Shown here: in pieces, positions 46,384 through 59,366 of the stretch
Position numbering within the stretch: position 1 is the stretch's first letter
Layout: each line of letters opens with the position of its first letter
NCBI GenBank assembly: GCA_030390025.1
Contig: CM059431.1
Coordinates: forward strand, 136,340,001 to 136,404,000
Direction: 5' to 3'
DNA: 64,000 bases
DNA from: Squalus acanthias
Taxonomy: Eukaryota
Made by a program: the position numbers and the translations under genes
The notes under the pieces: model-generated
The model's input: only the letters and a program-made list of their open reading frames with translations
Database searches by the model: none
What the model was told of the DNA's origin: nothing

Positions 46384-46577
46384 TGTCGTAAGAATGAGCC
46401 TTACGCGTGGTGAACTTAAAGTAAGCTTTAATCAACTAAAAAGGTGCTACATACAAAAGAGGTCTTACTCTATGCCTCTCCAGGATTCAACTGATCAGCC
46501 CAGTATTTATCCTGGACTAATCACAGGAAGTGATGTAATAAAGTTCAAGTCACAGGAAGCTGTATTGTGTTACCACA
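46384..46577 (-). repeat. 5' LTR of the Gypsy element
   Basis: Direct repeat of 42094-42287; the difference seen is ggtcttactc versus ggccttactc. Confidence 0.97.
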
Positions 46578-49500
46578 TATACCATGTGGAGTGCAACATG
46601 TTGCCTATGACATCTGTAGTGTTATATCAGGTGTGCTACATCAGAAATATGACATCAGGACTGTGCCATCTGGAGCGTGCCAACTGGAGTGTGAAATCAG
46701 GAGGGTACATCACGAGTTTGACATCAGTAGTTTGACATCTGGAGTGTGATATCTGGAGTGCTACATCATTCATGTGACATTATGAGTGTGACATCTCGAG
46801 TGTGACATCAGTCGTGTGACATCAGCAGTTTGACATCTGGAGTGTGACATCAGGAGTGTGACATTATGAGAGAGTGATTTCTGGAGTGTGACATCTGCAG
46901 TGTTCCATCTGGTTTCGGAGATCTGGTGTGTGATATCAATATTGTGCCATCTGGCATGTGACCTCTGGATTGTGATATCAGGAGTGTTACATCAGTTGAG
47001 TGACTTCTGTAGTGTGACATCAGCATTGTGACATCAGCAGTGTGACATCAAGTGTGTGACATCTGCAGTGTGCCATCTGGTTTGTGAGATCTGGAGTGTA
47101 ACATGAACAGTGTACCATCTGGAGTGAGACCTCTGAATTGTGACATTTAGAGTGTGATATCAGGTGTGTGAGATCTGGAGTGTGATATCAGGAGTGTGAC
47201 ATCAGGAGTGTGACGTATGCTTGTGTTATCTGGAGTGTGACATCTGGAGTGTGCCATCAGGAGTCTGAGATCAGGAGGGTGACATCTCCAGTGTGACACC
47301 AGTAATGTGCCGTCAGCAGTGTGACATCTGGAGTGTGACATCAGGAATGTGACATTAGGTGTATAACATCGGGAGTGTGACATCTGAAGTCTTCCAACTG
47401 CAGTGTACCATCTGGAACGTGACATCTGTATTTTCACATCTGGAGTGACACCAGGTATGTACGATCTGCCGTGCGATATGTTGCGTATGACATCTGTAGT
47501 GAGATATCAGGTGTGCGACATCATGAGTGTGACATCTGGAGTGTGACATCTGGATTGTGAGATCAGGAGTGTGACATTATGAGTGTGACATCTCGAGTGG
47601 GACATCAGTAGTGTGACATCAGCAGGGTGACATCAGCAGTGTGACATATGGAGTGTGTCATCAGGCGTGTCACATCTGGAGTGTGACATCTGGAGTCTGA
47701 CACCTGCAGTGTTCCATCTCCAGTGTACCATCTAGAATGCGACATCTGTATTTTCACATCTGGAATGAGGTTCCAGCTATGTACCATCTGGACTGTAAGA
47801 TGTTGTGTATGACATCTGTAGTGTGATATCAGGTGTGAGACATCAGGAGTATGACATCAGGAGTGTGCCATCTGGAGCGTGCCATCTGGAGGGTGAAATC
47901 AGGAGGGTACATCACTTGTGTGACATCAGCAGTGTAACATCAACAGTGTGACATCTGGAGTGTGACAATAACAGTGTGACATCAGAAGTGTGACTTTTGG
48001 AGTGTGACATCTGGTTATTGCGATCATGAATGTGACATCAACAGTGTGCCATCTGGAGTGTGACATCTGGACTGTGACATCTAGAGTGTGACATCATGTG
48101 TGTGAGACCTGGAATGTGACATCAGCAGTATGACATCTGGTGTGTGATATCAGGAGTTTGACATCAGGAGTGTGACATATGCCTGTGACATCTGGAGTGC
48201 GACTTCAGGAGTGTGACATGTACAGTGTGCCATCTGGAGTGTAACATCTGGTTTGTGAAATCAGGAGTGTGACATCAGGAGTGTGACATCAGGAGTTTGA
48301 CATCAGGAGTGTGACTTCTGGAGTGTGACATCTGCAGTATTCCATCTGCAGTGTTCCATCTGTTTATGAGATCTGGAGTGTGATATCAACATTGTGCAAT
48401 CTGGCATGTGACCTCTGGATAGTGGCATCAGGAGTGTGACATCAGTAGTGTGACTTCTGGAGTGTGACGTCAGCAGTGTGACATCAAGCGTGTGACATCA
48501 GGAGTGTGATTTCTGCAGTGTGACATCTGGAGTGTGACATCTGGTTTGTGAGATCTGGAGTGTAACATCATAGTGTGCCTTCTGGATTGTGACCTCTGAA
48601 TTGTGACATCTAGAGTATGACATTAGGTGTGTGAGATCTGGAGTGTGACATAAGGAATGTGCCATCTGGAGTGTGCCATCTGGGGTATGACTTCTGGAGT
48701 GTGAAATCTCGAGTGTGACATCAGGGTGTGCGAGATCAGGAGGGTGACTTCAGGAGTCTGACATCAGGAGTTTGTATTCTGGAGTGTGACATCTGGAATG
48801 CGACATCAGCAGTGTGACATCATGAGTGTGACCTCTGGAGTGTGACATCTGCAGTGTTCCATCTGCAGTGTTCCATCTGGTTTATGAGATCTTGAGTGTG
48901 ATATCAATATTGTGCAATCTGGCATGTGACCTCTGGATTGTGGCATCAGGAGTGTGACATCAGGAGTGTGACTTCTGGAAAGTGGCATCTGCAGTGTGCC
49001 ATCTGGTTATTGAGATCATGAGTGTGACATCAACAGTATGCCTTCTGGAGTGTGACCTCCGCAATGTGACATCTAGAGTGTGACATCATGTGTGTGAAAT
49101 CTGGAGTGTGACATCAGGTGTGTGACATCTGGAGTGTGATATCAGGAGTGTGACATCAGGAGTGTGACGTAAGCTTGTGCCATCTGGAGTGTGACAACAG
49201 GACTGTGATTCTACAGTGTGCCATCTGGAGGGTGACATCTGGTTTGTCAAATCAGGAGGATACATCACGAGTGTGACATCAGGAGTTTAACATCTGGAGT
49301 GTGACATCTGGAGAGCGAAAACATTAGTGTGACATCTGCAGTGTGACATCTGGAGTATGACATCAGGAGTGTGACATCAGGAGTGTGACTACTGGAGTGT
49401 GACATCTGCAGTATTCCATCTGCAGTTTTCCATCTGGTTTATGAGATCTGGTGTGTGATATCAACATTGTGCAATCTGCCATGTGACCTCTGGAGTGTGA

Positions 49501-52500
49501 CATCAGAAGTGTGACATCAGGAGAGTGACATCAGGAGTGTGACATCTGGAGTCTGACACCTACAGTGTTCCATCTCCAGTGTACCATCTAGAATGCGACA
49601 TCTGTATTGTCACATCTGGAGTGAGGCTCCAGGTATGTACCATCTGGACTGTAAGATGTTGCATATGACATCTGTATTGTGATATCAGGTGTGCGACATC
49701 AGGAGTATGACGTCAGAACGGTGCCATCTGGACCGTGCCAACTGGAGTGTGAAATCAGGAGGGTACATCACTTGTGTGACATCATTAGTGTGACATCAGC
49801 AATGTGACACCTGGAGGTGACATCAACAGTGTGATATCAGGAGTGTGACTTCTGGAGTGTGACATCTGCAGTGTTCCATCTGCAGTGTGTCATCTGGTTA
49901 TTGAGATCATGAATGTGACATCAACAGTGTGCCTTCTGGAGTGTGACCTCCGGACTGTGACATCTAGAGTGTGACATCATGTGCGTGAGATCTGGAATGT
50001 GACATCAGAAGTGTGACATCTGGAGTGTGACATATGCTTGTGCCATCTGGAGTGCGACATCAGGAGTGTGACATGTACAGTGTGCCATCTGGAGTGTAAC
50101 ATCTGGTTTGTGAAATCAGGAGTGTGACATCAGGAGTGTGACATCAGGAGTTTGACATCAGGAGTGTGACTTCTGGAGTGTGACATCTGGTTAGTGAGAT
50201 CATGAATGTGACATCAACAGTGTGCCTTCTGGAGTGTGACTTCTGGACTGTGACATCTAGCGTGTGACATCATGGGTGTGAGATCTGGAATGTGACATCA
50301 GCAGTGTGACATCTGGAGTGTTACATATGCTTGTGCCATCTGGAGTGCGACATCAGGAGTGTGACATGTACAGTGTGCCATCTGCAGTGTAACATCTGGT
50401 TTGTGAAATCAGGAGTGTGACATAAGGAGTGAGACATCAGGAGTTTGACATCAGGAGTGTGACATCTGCAGTGTGACATCTGGTTAATGAGATCATGAGT
50501 CTGACATCAGCAGTGTGCCTTCTGGAGTGTGACCTCGTTAACTGTGACTTCTAGAGTGTGACATCATGGGAGTGAGAACTGGAGTGTGACATCAGGAGTG
50601 TGACGTATGCTTGTGCCATCTGGAGTGTGACATCAGGAGTGTGACATCTACAGTCTGCCATCTGGAGTGTGACATCTGGTTTGTGAAATCAGGAGGGTAC
50701 ATCATGAGTGTGACATCAGGAGTGTGACATCTGGAGTGTGACATCAGGAGTGTGACATCTACAGTCTGCCATCTAGAGTGTAACATCTGGTTTGTGAAAT
50801 CAGGAGGGTACATCAGGAGTTTTGAATCTGGAGTGTGACATCTGGAGTGCGACATCATTAGTGTGACATTTTGAGTGTGACATCTCGAGTGCGACATCAG
50901 TAGTGTGATATCTGCAGTGTGACATCTGGAGTATGACATCAGGAGTGTGACATCTGGAGTGTGACTTCTGGAGTGTGACATCTGCAGTTTTCCATCTGGT
51001 TTATGAGATCTGGAGTATGATATCAAAATTGTGCAATCTGGCATGTGAACTCTGGATTGTGGCATCAGCAGTGTGACATCAAGAGTGTGACTTCTGGAGT
51101 GTGACATCAGGAGTGTGCTTTCTGGATGTGTGCCATTTGGTTTGTGAAATCAGGAGTGTGACATCTGGAGTATGAAATCAGGAGTGTGACATCAGTAGTG
51201 TGACATCTGCAGTATTCCAGCTGCAGTGTTCCATCTGGTTTATGAGATCTGGAGTGTGATATCAACATTTTGCAATCTGGCATGTGACCTCTGGATTGGG
51301 GCAGCAGGAGTGTGACATCAGGATTTTGACTTCTGGAGTGTGACGTCAGCAGTGTGACATCAGGAGTGTGACATCTGCAGTGTGACATCTGCAGTGTGCC
51401 ATCTGCAGTGTGACATCTGGAGTGTAACATCAATAGTGTGCCTTCTGGATTGTGACCTCTGAATTGTGTCATCTAGAGTGTGACATCAGGAGTGTGAGAT
51501 CTGGAGTGTGACATCAGGAATGTACCATCTGGAGTGTGCCATCTGGGTTATGACTTCTGGAGTGTGAAATCTCGAGTGTGACATCAGGGTGTGCGAGATC
51601 AGGAGGGTGACTTCAGCAGTCTGACATCAGGAGTTTGTATTCTGGAGTGTGACATCTGGAAGGCGATATCAGCAGTGTGACATCTGGAGTGTGTCATCTG
51701 CAGTGTTCCATCTGCAGTGTGCCACCTGGTTTATGAGATCTGGAGTGTGATATCAATATTGTGCAATCTGGCATGTGACTCTGGAGTGTGACGTCAGCAG
51801 AGTGACATCAAGCGTGTGACATCAGGAGTGTGACTTCTGCAGTGTGACATCTGCAGTGTGCCATCTGGTTTGTGAGATCTGGAGTGTAACATCAACAGTA
51901 TGCCTTCTGGATTGTGACCTCTGAATTGTGACATCTAGAGTATGACATCAGGTGTGTGAGATCTGGAGTGTGACATCAGGAATGTGCCATCTGGAGTGTG
52001 CCATCTGGGTTATGACTTCTGGAGTGTGAAATCTCGAGTGTGACATCAGGGTGTGCGAGATCAGGAGGGTGACTTCAGGAGTCTGACATCAGGAGTTTGT
52101 ATTCTGGTGTGTGACAACTGGAATGCGACAACAGCAGTGTGACATCATGAGTGTGACATCTGGACTGAGACATCTGCAGTGTTCCATCTGCAGTGTGCCA
52201 TCTGGTTATTGAGATCATGAGTGTGACAACAACAGTGTGCCATCAGGAGTGTGACCTCTTGAATGTGACATCTAGAGTGTGACATCAGGTGTGTGACATC
52301 AGGAGTGTGACATCTGGAATGTGATATCAGGAGTGTGACATCAGGTGTGTGACATATGCATGTGCCATCTTGAGTGTAACATCAGGAGTGTGATATCTAC
52401 AGTGTGCCATCTGGAGTGTGACATCTGGAGTGTGACATCAGGAGTTTGACATCTGGTGTATGACTTATGGAGTGTGACACATGGATTTTGAGATCCGGGG

Positions 52501-54469
52501 TGTGACCTCATTAGTGGGACATGTTACGTGTGACATCAGGATTGAGAATTCATGATTGTGATATCTGGATTTTGATTTCAGGTGTGTGACATCAGGAGTA
52601 TACCATCTGGAGTTTGACCTCTGAAATGTGACATCGGAGTGTGGCTTCTGGAGTGTGACATCAGGAGTCTGCCATCTGGAGTGTGACATCTGCAATGTGG
52701 CATCTGGAGTGTGACATTAGGAGTCTGACAGCTGGAGTGTGAGGTCTGGAGTATGACATCAGCAGTGTGACATCTGGAGAGTGACATCTCGAGTGTGACA
52801 TCAGTAGTGTGACATCAGCAGTGTGACATTAGGAGTGTGACATCCTGAGTGTGACATCTGGAGTGGAAAATCTGGAGTGTGACACCAGGTATGTACCATT
52901 TGGAGTGCGACATGTTGCGTATGACATCTGTCGCGTGATATCAGGTGTGCGACATCAGGAGTGTGCCGTGTGGAGCATGCCATCTGGAGTGTGAAATCTG
53001 GAGTTCGCCATCTGGAGTGTGAGATCTGGATTGCGACAGCAGGATTGCGCCATCTGGATTGTGACATCAGCAGTGTGATATCAGGAGTGTGACATCAGGA
53101 GTGTGTCATCAGGATTGCGACATCAGCACTGTGAGATCTGGAGTGTGAAATTAGCAGCGTACCATCTGGAATGTGACATCTGGATTGTCACATATGGAGT
53201 GTGACATAAGCAGTTTGACATCTGGAGTGCGACATCTGGAGTGTTTCATCAGGAGTGCGACATCTGGAGTGTGAGATCAGAATTGTGACATCTGGAGTGT
53301 GACATCAGGAGTGCTACATCTCGAGTGTGAGATCAGATTTGTACCATCTGGAGTGTGACATAAGCAGTTTGACATCTGGAGTGCGACATCTGGAGTGTTT
53401 CATCAGGAGTGCGACATCTGGAGTGTGAGATCAGAATTGTGACATCTGGAGTGTGACATCAGGAGTGCTACATCTCGAGTGTGAGATCAGATTTGTACCA
53501 TCTGGAGTGTGACATCTGGAGTGTGACAACAGGAATGTGCCATCTGGAGTGTGATATCAGCAGTGCAACATCAGCAGTATGACATCAGGTGTGTGACATC
53601 TGGAATGTGAAATCTGGAGTCTGACATCAGGAGCCGGCCAGCTGGAGTGTGCTATCCGGAGTGTGACATCAGCAGTGAGACATCTGGACTGTGACATCGC
53701 CAGTGTGACATCAGTAGTGTGATGTCAGCATTGTGACATCTGGAGTGTGACATCAGGAATGTGACATTAGGAGTGTGACATCTGGAGTGTGTCATCTGAA
53801 GTGTTCCATCTGCAGTGTACCATCTGGAATGTGACATCTGTTTTGTCACATCTGGAGTGAGGCATCTGGAGTGTGACACCAGGTATGTACCATCTGCAGT
53901 GCGACATGCTGCGTCTGACATCTGTAGCGTGATATCAGGTGTGCGACATCAGGAGTGTGCCATCTGGAGCGTGCCATCTAGAGTGTGACTTCTGGAGTTT
54001 GAAACCTGGAGTGTGACATCAGGAGTGCGAGATCAGGAGGGCGACATCAGGAGTGTGACGTCAGGTGTTTGACATCTGGAGTGTGAAACCTGGATTGCGA
54101 GATCAGGTGTGTGACATTATGAGTGTGACATCTCGAGTGGTACATCAGTAGTGTGACATCAGCAGTGTGATATCAGGAGTGTGTCATCAGGTGTGCGACA
54201 TCAGGAGTGTGCCATCTGGAGCGTGCCATCCAGAGTGTGACTTCTGGAGTTTGAAACCTGGAGTGTGACATCAGGAGTGCGAGATCAGGAGGGCGACATC
54301 AGGAGTGTGACGTCAGGTGTTTGACATCTGGAGTGTGAAACCTGGATTGCGAGATCAGGTGTGTGACATTATGAGTGTGACATCTCGAGTGGTACATCAG
54401 TAGTGTGACATTAGCAGTGTGATATCAGGAGTGTGTCATCAGGAGTGTGACATCAGGAGTGTGACATAA
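46578..54469. repeat. Degenerate 14-bp satellite, main block, with internal multimer duplications
   Basis: 14-bp period (the minus-strand translation repeats every 14 aa = 3 units); near-exact internal duplications with periods 154 and 252 bp. Confidence 0.93.
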
Positions 54470-55296
54470 GGGACGCGATCTTGCCAGCCCTGGGGAGGCG
54501 AATATGGAGGCGGGACTGCCGGTTAAATGGCAGAATTTGGGAACGGTGCCCAACCCGCCCCCAACCTGCCTCCGTGCCATCTTGCCAGGAGGTGGGTAGT
54601 CGTCCCGCGCCGGGTCCCATCTCCTTGGAGGCGAGAAGGGGATTACAGCCACTTAACTGCCTTTTAACAGGTAGTTAACAGGCAGATAAGAGGATTATCC
54701 CCATTTTACACACAAAAGTGCGGGCTTCCCGAAGGCTGCAAACCCCGCCAAGGTCACCGAGGCGAGTAGTGGGTCTGCGGGGTGAAAAAGTGCACTGTGA
54801 AGGTAAGTGATGCGTGCAAGTGTGGAGAGTTGGGTATGTGAAGTCAGTGGAAAAGTTTACTTACCTTTGTTTCTTCATGCAGGCTTCAAGATTTGGGTAT
54901 GCAGAGAATCTCGCACCTGCGTGGCAGAGATAACAGATGGCTGTTGCATTCTCTAATGCAACAACCATTTAATTTCTGCAAAAGAAAGAGGTTTGATGCA
55001 TCTTGAATTCAAGATCTCATCAAACTACAGGGAATGTCAATGTTTGAAAGCTTCACAGAGCTGTCAAACGATGACAATTCATCTGTCAAAATTTTTTGAC
55101 AGATGCAACGTCATACGCTGACGTTTTCTGTCACCGGCTTTCCCTTAATTGGCAATGCTAAACCCGCTGGGCGGGTTTAACAAGGTCAATCAAGGGAAAA
55201 TAGCGTGGATTGGACACAAATCGATGGAGGCGGGACTTCGCCCCGACAAGCAGCAGTCCCGCCTCCAACGTGCCCCCATTGGCAAAATCAGCCCCC
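54470..55296. mobile_element. Non-autonomous DNA-transposon-like insert (~830 bp), possibly PIF/Harbinger type
   Basis: Non-satellite sequence interrupting the 14-bp array. Imperfect termini GGGACGCGATCTTGCCA and (rc) GGGGGCTGATTTTGCCA; perfect 13-bp subterminal inverted repeat TGGAGGCGGGACT (54505-54517 and 55255-55267). No clean TSD. Confidence 0.6.
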
Positions 55297-56558
55297 TGGA
55301 GTCTGACATCTGCAGTGTTCCATCTCCAGTATACCATCTGGAATGTGACATCTGTATTGTCAAATCTGGAGAGAGACATCTGGAGTGTGATGCCAGATAT
55401 GTACCATCTGAAGTGCAACATGTTGCGTACGACATCTGTAGTGTGATATCAGGTGTGCAACATCAGGAGTATGATATCAGGGGTGTGCCATCTGGCGTGT
55501 GAGATCAGGAGGGTGACATCAGGAGTGTGACATCAGGAGTTTGACATCTGGAGTGTGACATCTGGAGTGCGACATCAGCAGTGTGCCATCTGGAGTGTGA
55601 CATCAGCAGTGTGCCATCTGGAGTGTGACCTCTAGATTGTGACATCTAGTGTGTGACATCAGGTGTGTCAGATCTGGAGTGTGACATCAGGAATGTGTCA
55701 TCTGGAGTTTGTCATCTGGAGTGTGACTTCTGGAGTGTGAAATCTCGAGTGTGACATCAAGAGTGTGAGATCAGGAGGGTGTCATCTGGAGTGTGACATC
55801 AGAAGTGCGACATCAGCAGTGTGACATAACGAGTGTGACATCTGGTGTGTGACAGCTGGACTGGGAGATCAGGAGTGTGACACCTCGAGTGTGATATCAG
55901 TAGTGTGACATTATCAGTGTGACATCTGGAGTGTGACATCAGGAGTGTGACTTCTGGAGTGTGACATCTGCAGTGTTCCATCTGCAGTGTGCCATCTGGT
56001 TTGTGAGATTTGGAGTGTGACATCAACGTTGTGCCATCTGGAATGTGACATCTGGATTGTGACATTTAGAGTGTGACATCTGGTGTGTGAGATCTGGAGT
56101 GTGGCACCAGGAATGTGACTTGATGGGTGTGACATCTAGTGTGTGATATCAAGAGTGTGACATCAGGAGTGCGACATATGCAGTGTGCCATCTGGAGTGT
56201 GACATCAGGAGTGTGACGTCTACAGTTTGCCATCTGGAGTGTGACATCTGGTTTGTGACATCAGGGCTGTGACATCTGGAGTGTGACATCAGGAGTTTGA
56301 CATCAGGTGTATGACTTATGGAGTGTGATACATGGAGTGTGATATCAGGAGTGTGATCTCATTAGTGTGACCTGTTGCGTGTCACACCAGGATGGAGAAT
56401 TCATGATTTTGACATCTGGAATTTGACATCAGGACCGTGACATCAGGGCTGTACCATCTGGAGTGTGACATCTGGAATGTGACATCGGAGTGTGACTTCT
56501 GGTGTGTGACATCAGGAGTGTGACATGTTGTGGATGACATCTGGACGGGTGACATCTG
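55297..56558. repeat. Degenerate 14-bp satellite, right segment
   Basis: The same units resume after the insert and end near ...gggtgacatctg. Confidence 0.9.
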
Positions 56559-56954
56559 TGTTAATCCTGACTTTCTGATTTTGCACAGAGGTTTGCGGTA
56601 ATGCATCAATCGTATAAACTGAAGTGTGTGTTTTCTACCTCCGTCCATGCCTGTGTTAATTATGAATATTTCCAGCAAGGTTTCCCGAGCAGCTCGATAC
56701 TTGTCCAGCCGCTCTATTTCTTACTGTCGCAGTTCTTGTGAGAATCTGTGTGTATATATTTGGACACGTTAATATTGAACAATTCTATGCGAATCGCCAT
56801 TCTTTGGTTCAAATTACAACTGAGGCAAACATATCATTGCACATCTTCACTTCTTTGTCCCTATGATTCTCAGATCTGACTGAGACAAAAACCTTGTAAA
56901 GGGCAAGGAGGGGGAGAAATTCCGAATATGAATACAGGTCATAATCACTATGAT

Positions 56955-57630
56955 TCCAGCCCAACAAGGAAGGAAACAGTGCTGGATCAAGTTCTGGGGA
57001 ATTAAGTATGGCAAGTGCAGAATGTTTCTTCAGGAGAACTTCTGGAAAAGAGTGATCATAATATCATTATGCTTAGAGTAGCTATGGAAAGGGACAAACA
57101 ACAATCAAAGTTGAAGACACTCATCTGGAAGAGGGCTAATTTCAGTGAGTTGAAAGTGGATCTTGCCCAGGTGGATTGGAAGCAAAGATTATCAGGTAAT
57201 ACAGTAATGGGTGGAGTACACGGAGAAGATAGTTCAGACACAGACTAAGGAGGAAAGGAAGGACATCCAATGCTAGAGCTTCCTGGATGACTGAAGAAAT
57301 TAAGACTAAAATGAGACTGATGATAAATATCAGGTTCATAATACCATTGAGATTCAAGCAGGATACAGAATGTGCAGAGGAAAACTTAAAAGGAAAATAA
57401 AAGGTGCAAACAGAGTGCATGAGAAAAGATTAGTTGGCAACATAAAAAGCAACACAAGAGTCTGTTATAAACATATGAAGATTTAAATGATCGTCAAAGG
57501 AAGGACAAACTTCTTGTCGAGGCAGACGGCATGGTTGAGTTACTAAATAAGAATTTTGCGTCTGATTTCACTAAATAGGAAGATGCTGCCAATGTAACGG
57601 TAAAAGAGGAGGGGTGGAGAAATTGGATGT
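56955..57630 (+). mobile_element. Decayed CR1 ORF2 fragment (end of endonuclease and linker)
   Basis: PTRKETVLD, KSDHNII, WKRANFSELKVDLAQVDW; several stops and frameshifts; boundaries approximate. Confidence 0.75.
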
Positions 57631-57640
57631 ACGGGTCTAA

Positions 57641-57790
57641 TGTGTGACGTGTCAATCACACATTGTCAATAGCAAAATAACTATTGTGACGTCACCTGCG
57701 AGGAAGTTCCGGTGCATTCCGGGTAAAATCCCATTGTGACGTCAGAGGCCCAGCCACAGGGTCACGAGACTCAGCCGCCCGGCCCCACAG
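57641..57790. promoter_or_regulatory. Promoter-like motif cluster (two CRE palindromes, ETS-like and PBX/MEIS-like motifs)
   Basis: ATTGTGACGTCA twice (TGACGTCA at 57687-57694 and 57737-57744), TTCCGG, TGTCAATCA, locally CpG-rich. Motif evidence only. Confidence 0.35.
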
Positions 57791-58174
57791 CGCTGCTTCT
57801 GCAGGATATCCGGGGCTGAATGTTCCCCAATGGGGCACTGGGGAAATGCACAGACAGGAAGGGCCCAGGGTGGGGCTTAGTCTGTGCTGCAATGGAACAC
57901 TGACAGTTGCACTCAGTATTCCTGGGTTTGGGGTAAACATTACCCAGGTTCGCGCTCAGTATCAGTGCCCAGTGTCGCTGCTGGGAAGTGAAACTATGTG
58001 GGTTCAGGATGGGGACTGGGTCTGTTCAGCTGGGATGGGTCCCATCAATCAATAGGGATCAATACCCACTGTATGTGGTCACCCAAGTAAAGTATTCTAC
58101 TGAGGGTGGTTCCTGAGGATGGTGCACCCGTGAAACCGGACGCCACCCTTTTATGCAGTGCATTCCCGAACATA

Positions 58175-58817
58175 ACAATTAAATGGCTCTATTTTAATGG
58201 GGGAGCAGGAAATGAAAGACCTGGGGTTTCACATACAGACATCTTTGAGAGTGGCATGACAAGGCTGTTAAAAAAGAATAGGGAATCCTTGACTTTATAA
58301 TTAGAGACATATAATATAAAAGCAAATAATTTGTGCTAAACCGTTATAAATCACCGGTTAGGACTCAGTTCTGGGCACCACACTTTAGGAAGGATGTGAA
58401 GGTCTTGGAAAGGGTTCAGAGGAGATTTATTAGAATGGTACCAGGGCTGAGGGACTTCAGTTATGTGGAGACGCTGCAGAAACTGGGATTATTCTCCTTA
58501 GAGAAGAGAAGCTTCTGGGCAGATCTAATAGAGGTGTTCATAATTCTGAGGGGTTTTCATAAAGTAAATAAGGAGAAACTGTTTCAACTGGCAGGAGGGT
58601 CGGTAACCAGAGAATATGTTCTGGAATGCATTACCTGAAAGGATGGTGCAAGCAGATTCCTTATTAAATTTCAACAGGGAATTGTATATATAATTGGAAT
58701 TGCAGTGCTATGGGGAACAAGCTGGCGAGTGGGACTAGCTGGATAGCTCTTTCAAAGAGCAGGACACAGACACGATGGGACGAATGGCCGCCTCTGTGCT
58801 GTGTGATTCTACGATTC
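58175..58817 (+). mobile_element. Decayed CR1 3' fragment
   Basis: QFWAPHFRKDVKVLERVQRRFIRMVPGL, with a 3' end ...gaatggccgcctctgtgctgtgtgattctacgattc; left boundary approximate. Confidence 0.85.
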
Positions 58818-58988
58818 AAATCAGAGGGGGTGGGGTTGTAAATCAAAGCTTTGAAAACTCAACTCGCATCAAAACGACATGAATCAGCTATTGGGAAGTG
58901 TAAAGGAAATCCTAGGTGTCGGATTATACTGCACTCGAACTTCATATGTGAGCAACATTTGAGTAGAACACGAGACGGCGAGATCCAG

Positions 58989-59161
58989 GCGCACATGCGC
59001 GCTGACACTTCCTGGCGGGCTCCACTCAGAGCCTGGGGAGCGGAGAGCAAGGCGCAGAGACCGGCCCAATCCCCCAGCACCAGAGTCTTGACTGGGGACG
59101 GGAGCCGCTCGGACGGGATCGAGGGTTGCTTCAGTCTTTACAATGGACGAATTGGGTGAGT
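58989..59161 (+). promoter_or_regulatory. Candidate promoter plus first exon with start codon and splice donor
   Basis: NRF1-like GCACATGCGC (58991-59000), ETS-like CACTTCCTGG (59006-59015), GC-rich leader, ACAATGG (ATG at 59143), then G|GTGAGT at 59155/59156. Confidence 0.4.
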
Positions 59162-59366
59162 TACTGAGAATGTCTGACTGTGGGCGTGAAAAAGGTCGTC
59201 GGGAAGGGAAGGAGAGCGTGAAAATGATGGAGAGGCGAAAGAGATGTGGAGGTCAAAGGGGCGCCTTAGTTATTTGGACTCGGAGCCTAATGTTATATAA
59301 AAGTTAATATGTGTCTGCATTAAGTGCAGAACTCTTCATAAAAATCTGTGGCGATTTCTGTGTATT

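Larger units (their letters stand above)
42094..46577 (-). mobile_element. Ty3/Gypsy LTR retrotransposon, full length (4484 bp), young
   Basis: Two 194-bp TG...CA LTRs with one visible difference; 5-bp target-site duplication TATAC (42089-42093 and 46578-46582); PPT next to the 3' LTR; single gag-pol ORF in PR-RT-RH-IN order. Confidence 0.98.

Noticed and set aside
47147..56678. His/Cys/Ser-rich ORFs (SHSRCHTPDVTLLM) as zinc-finger or metal-binding genes
   Set aside because: They are translations of the 14-bp satellite, short and present in all frames, with no C2H2 spacing.
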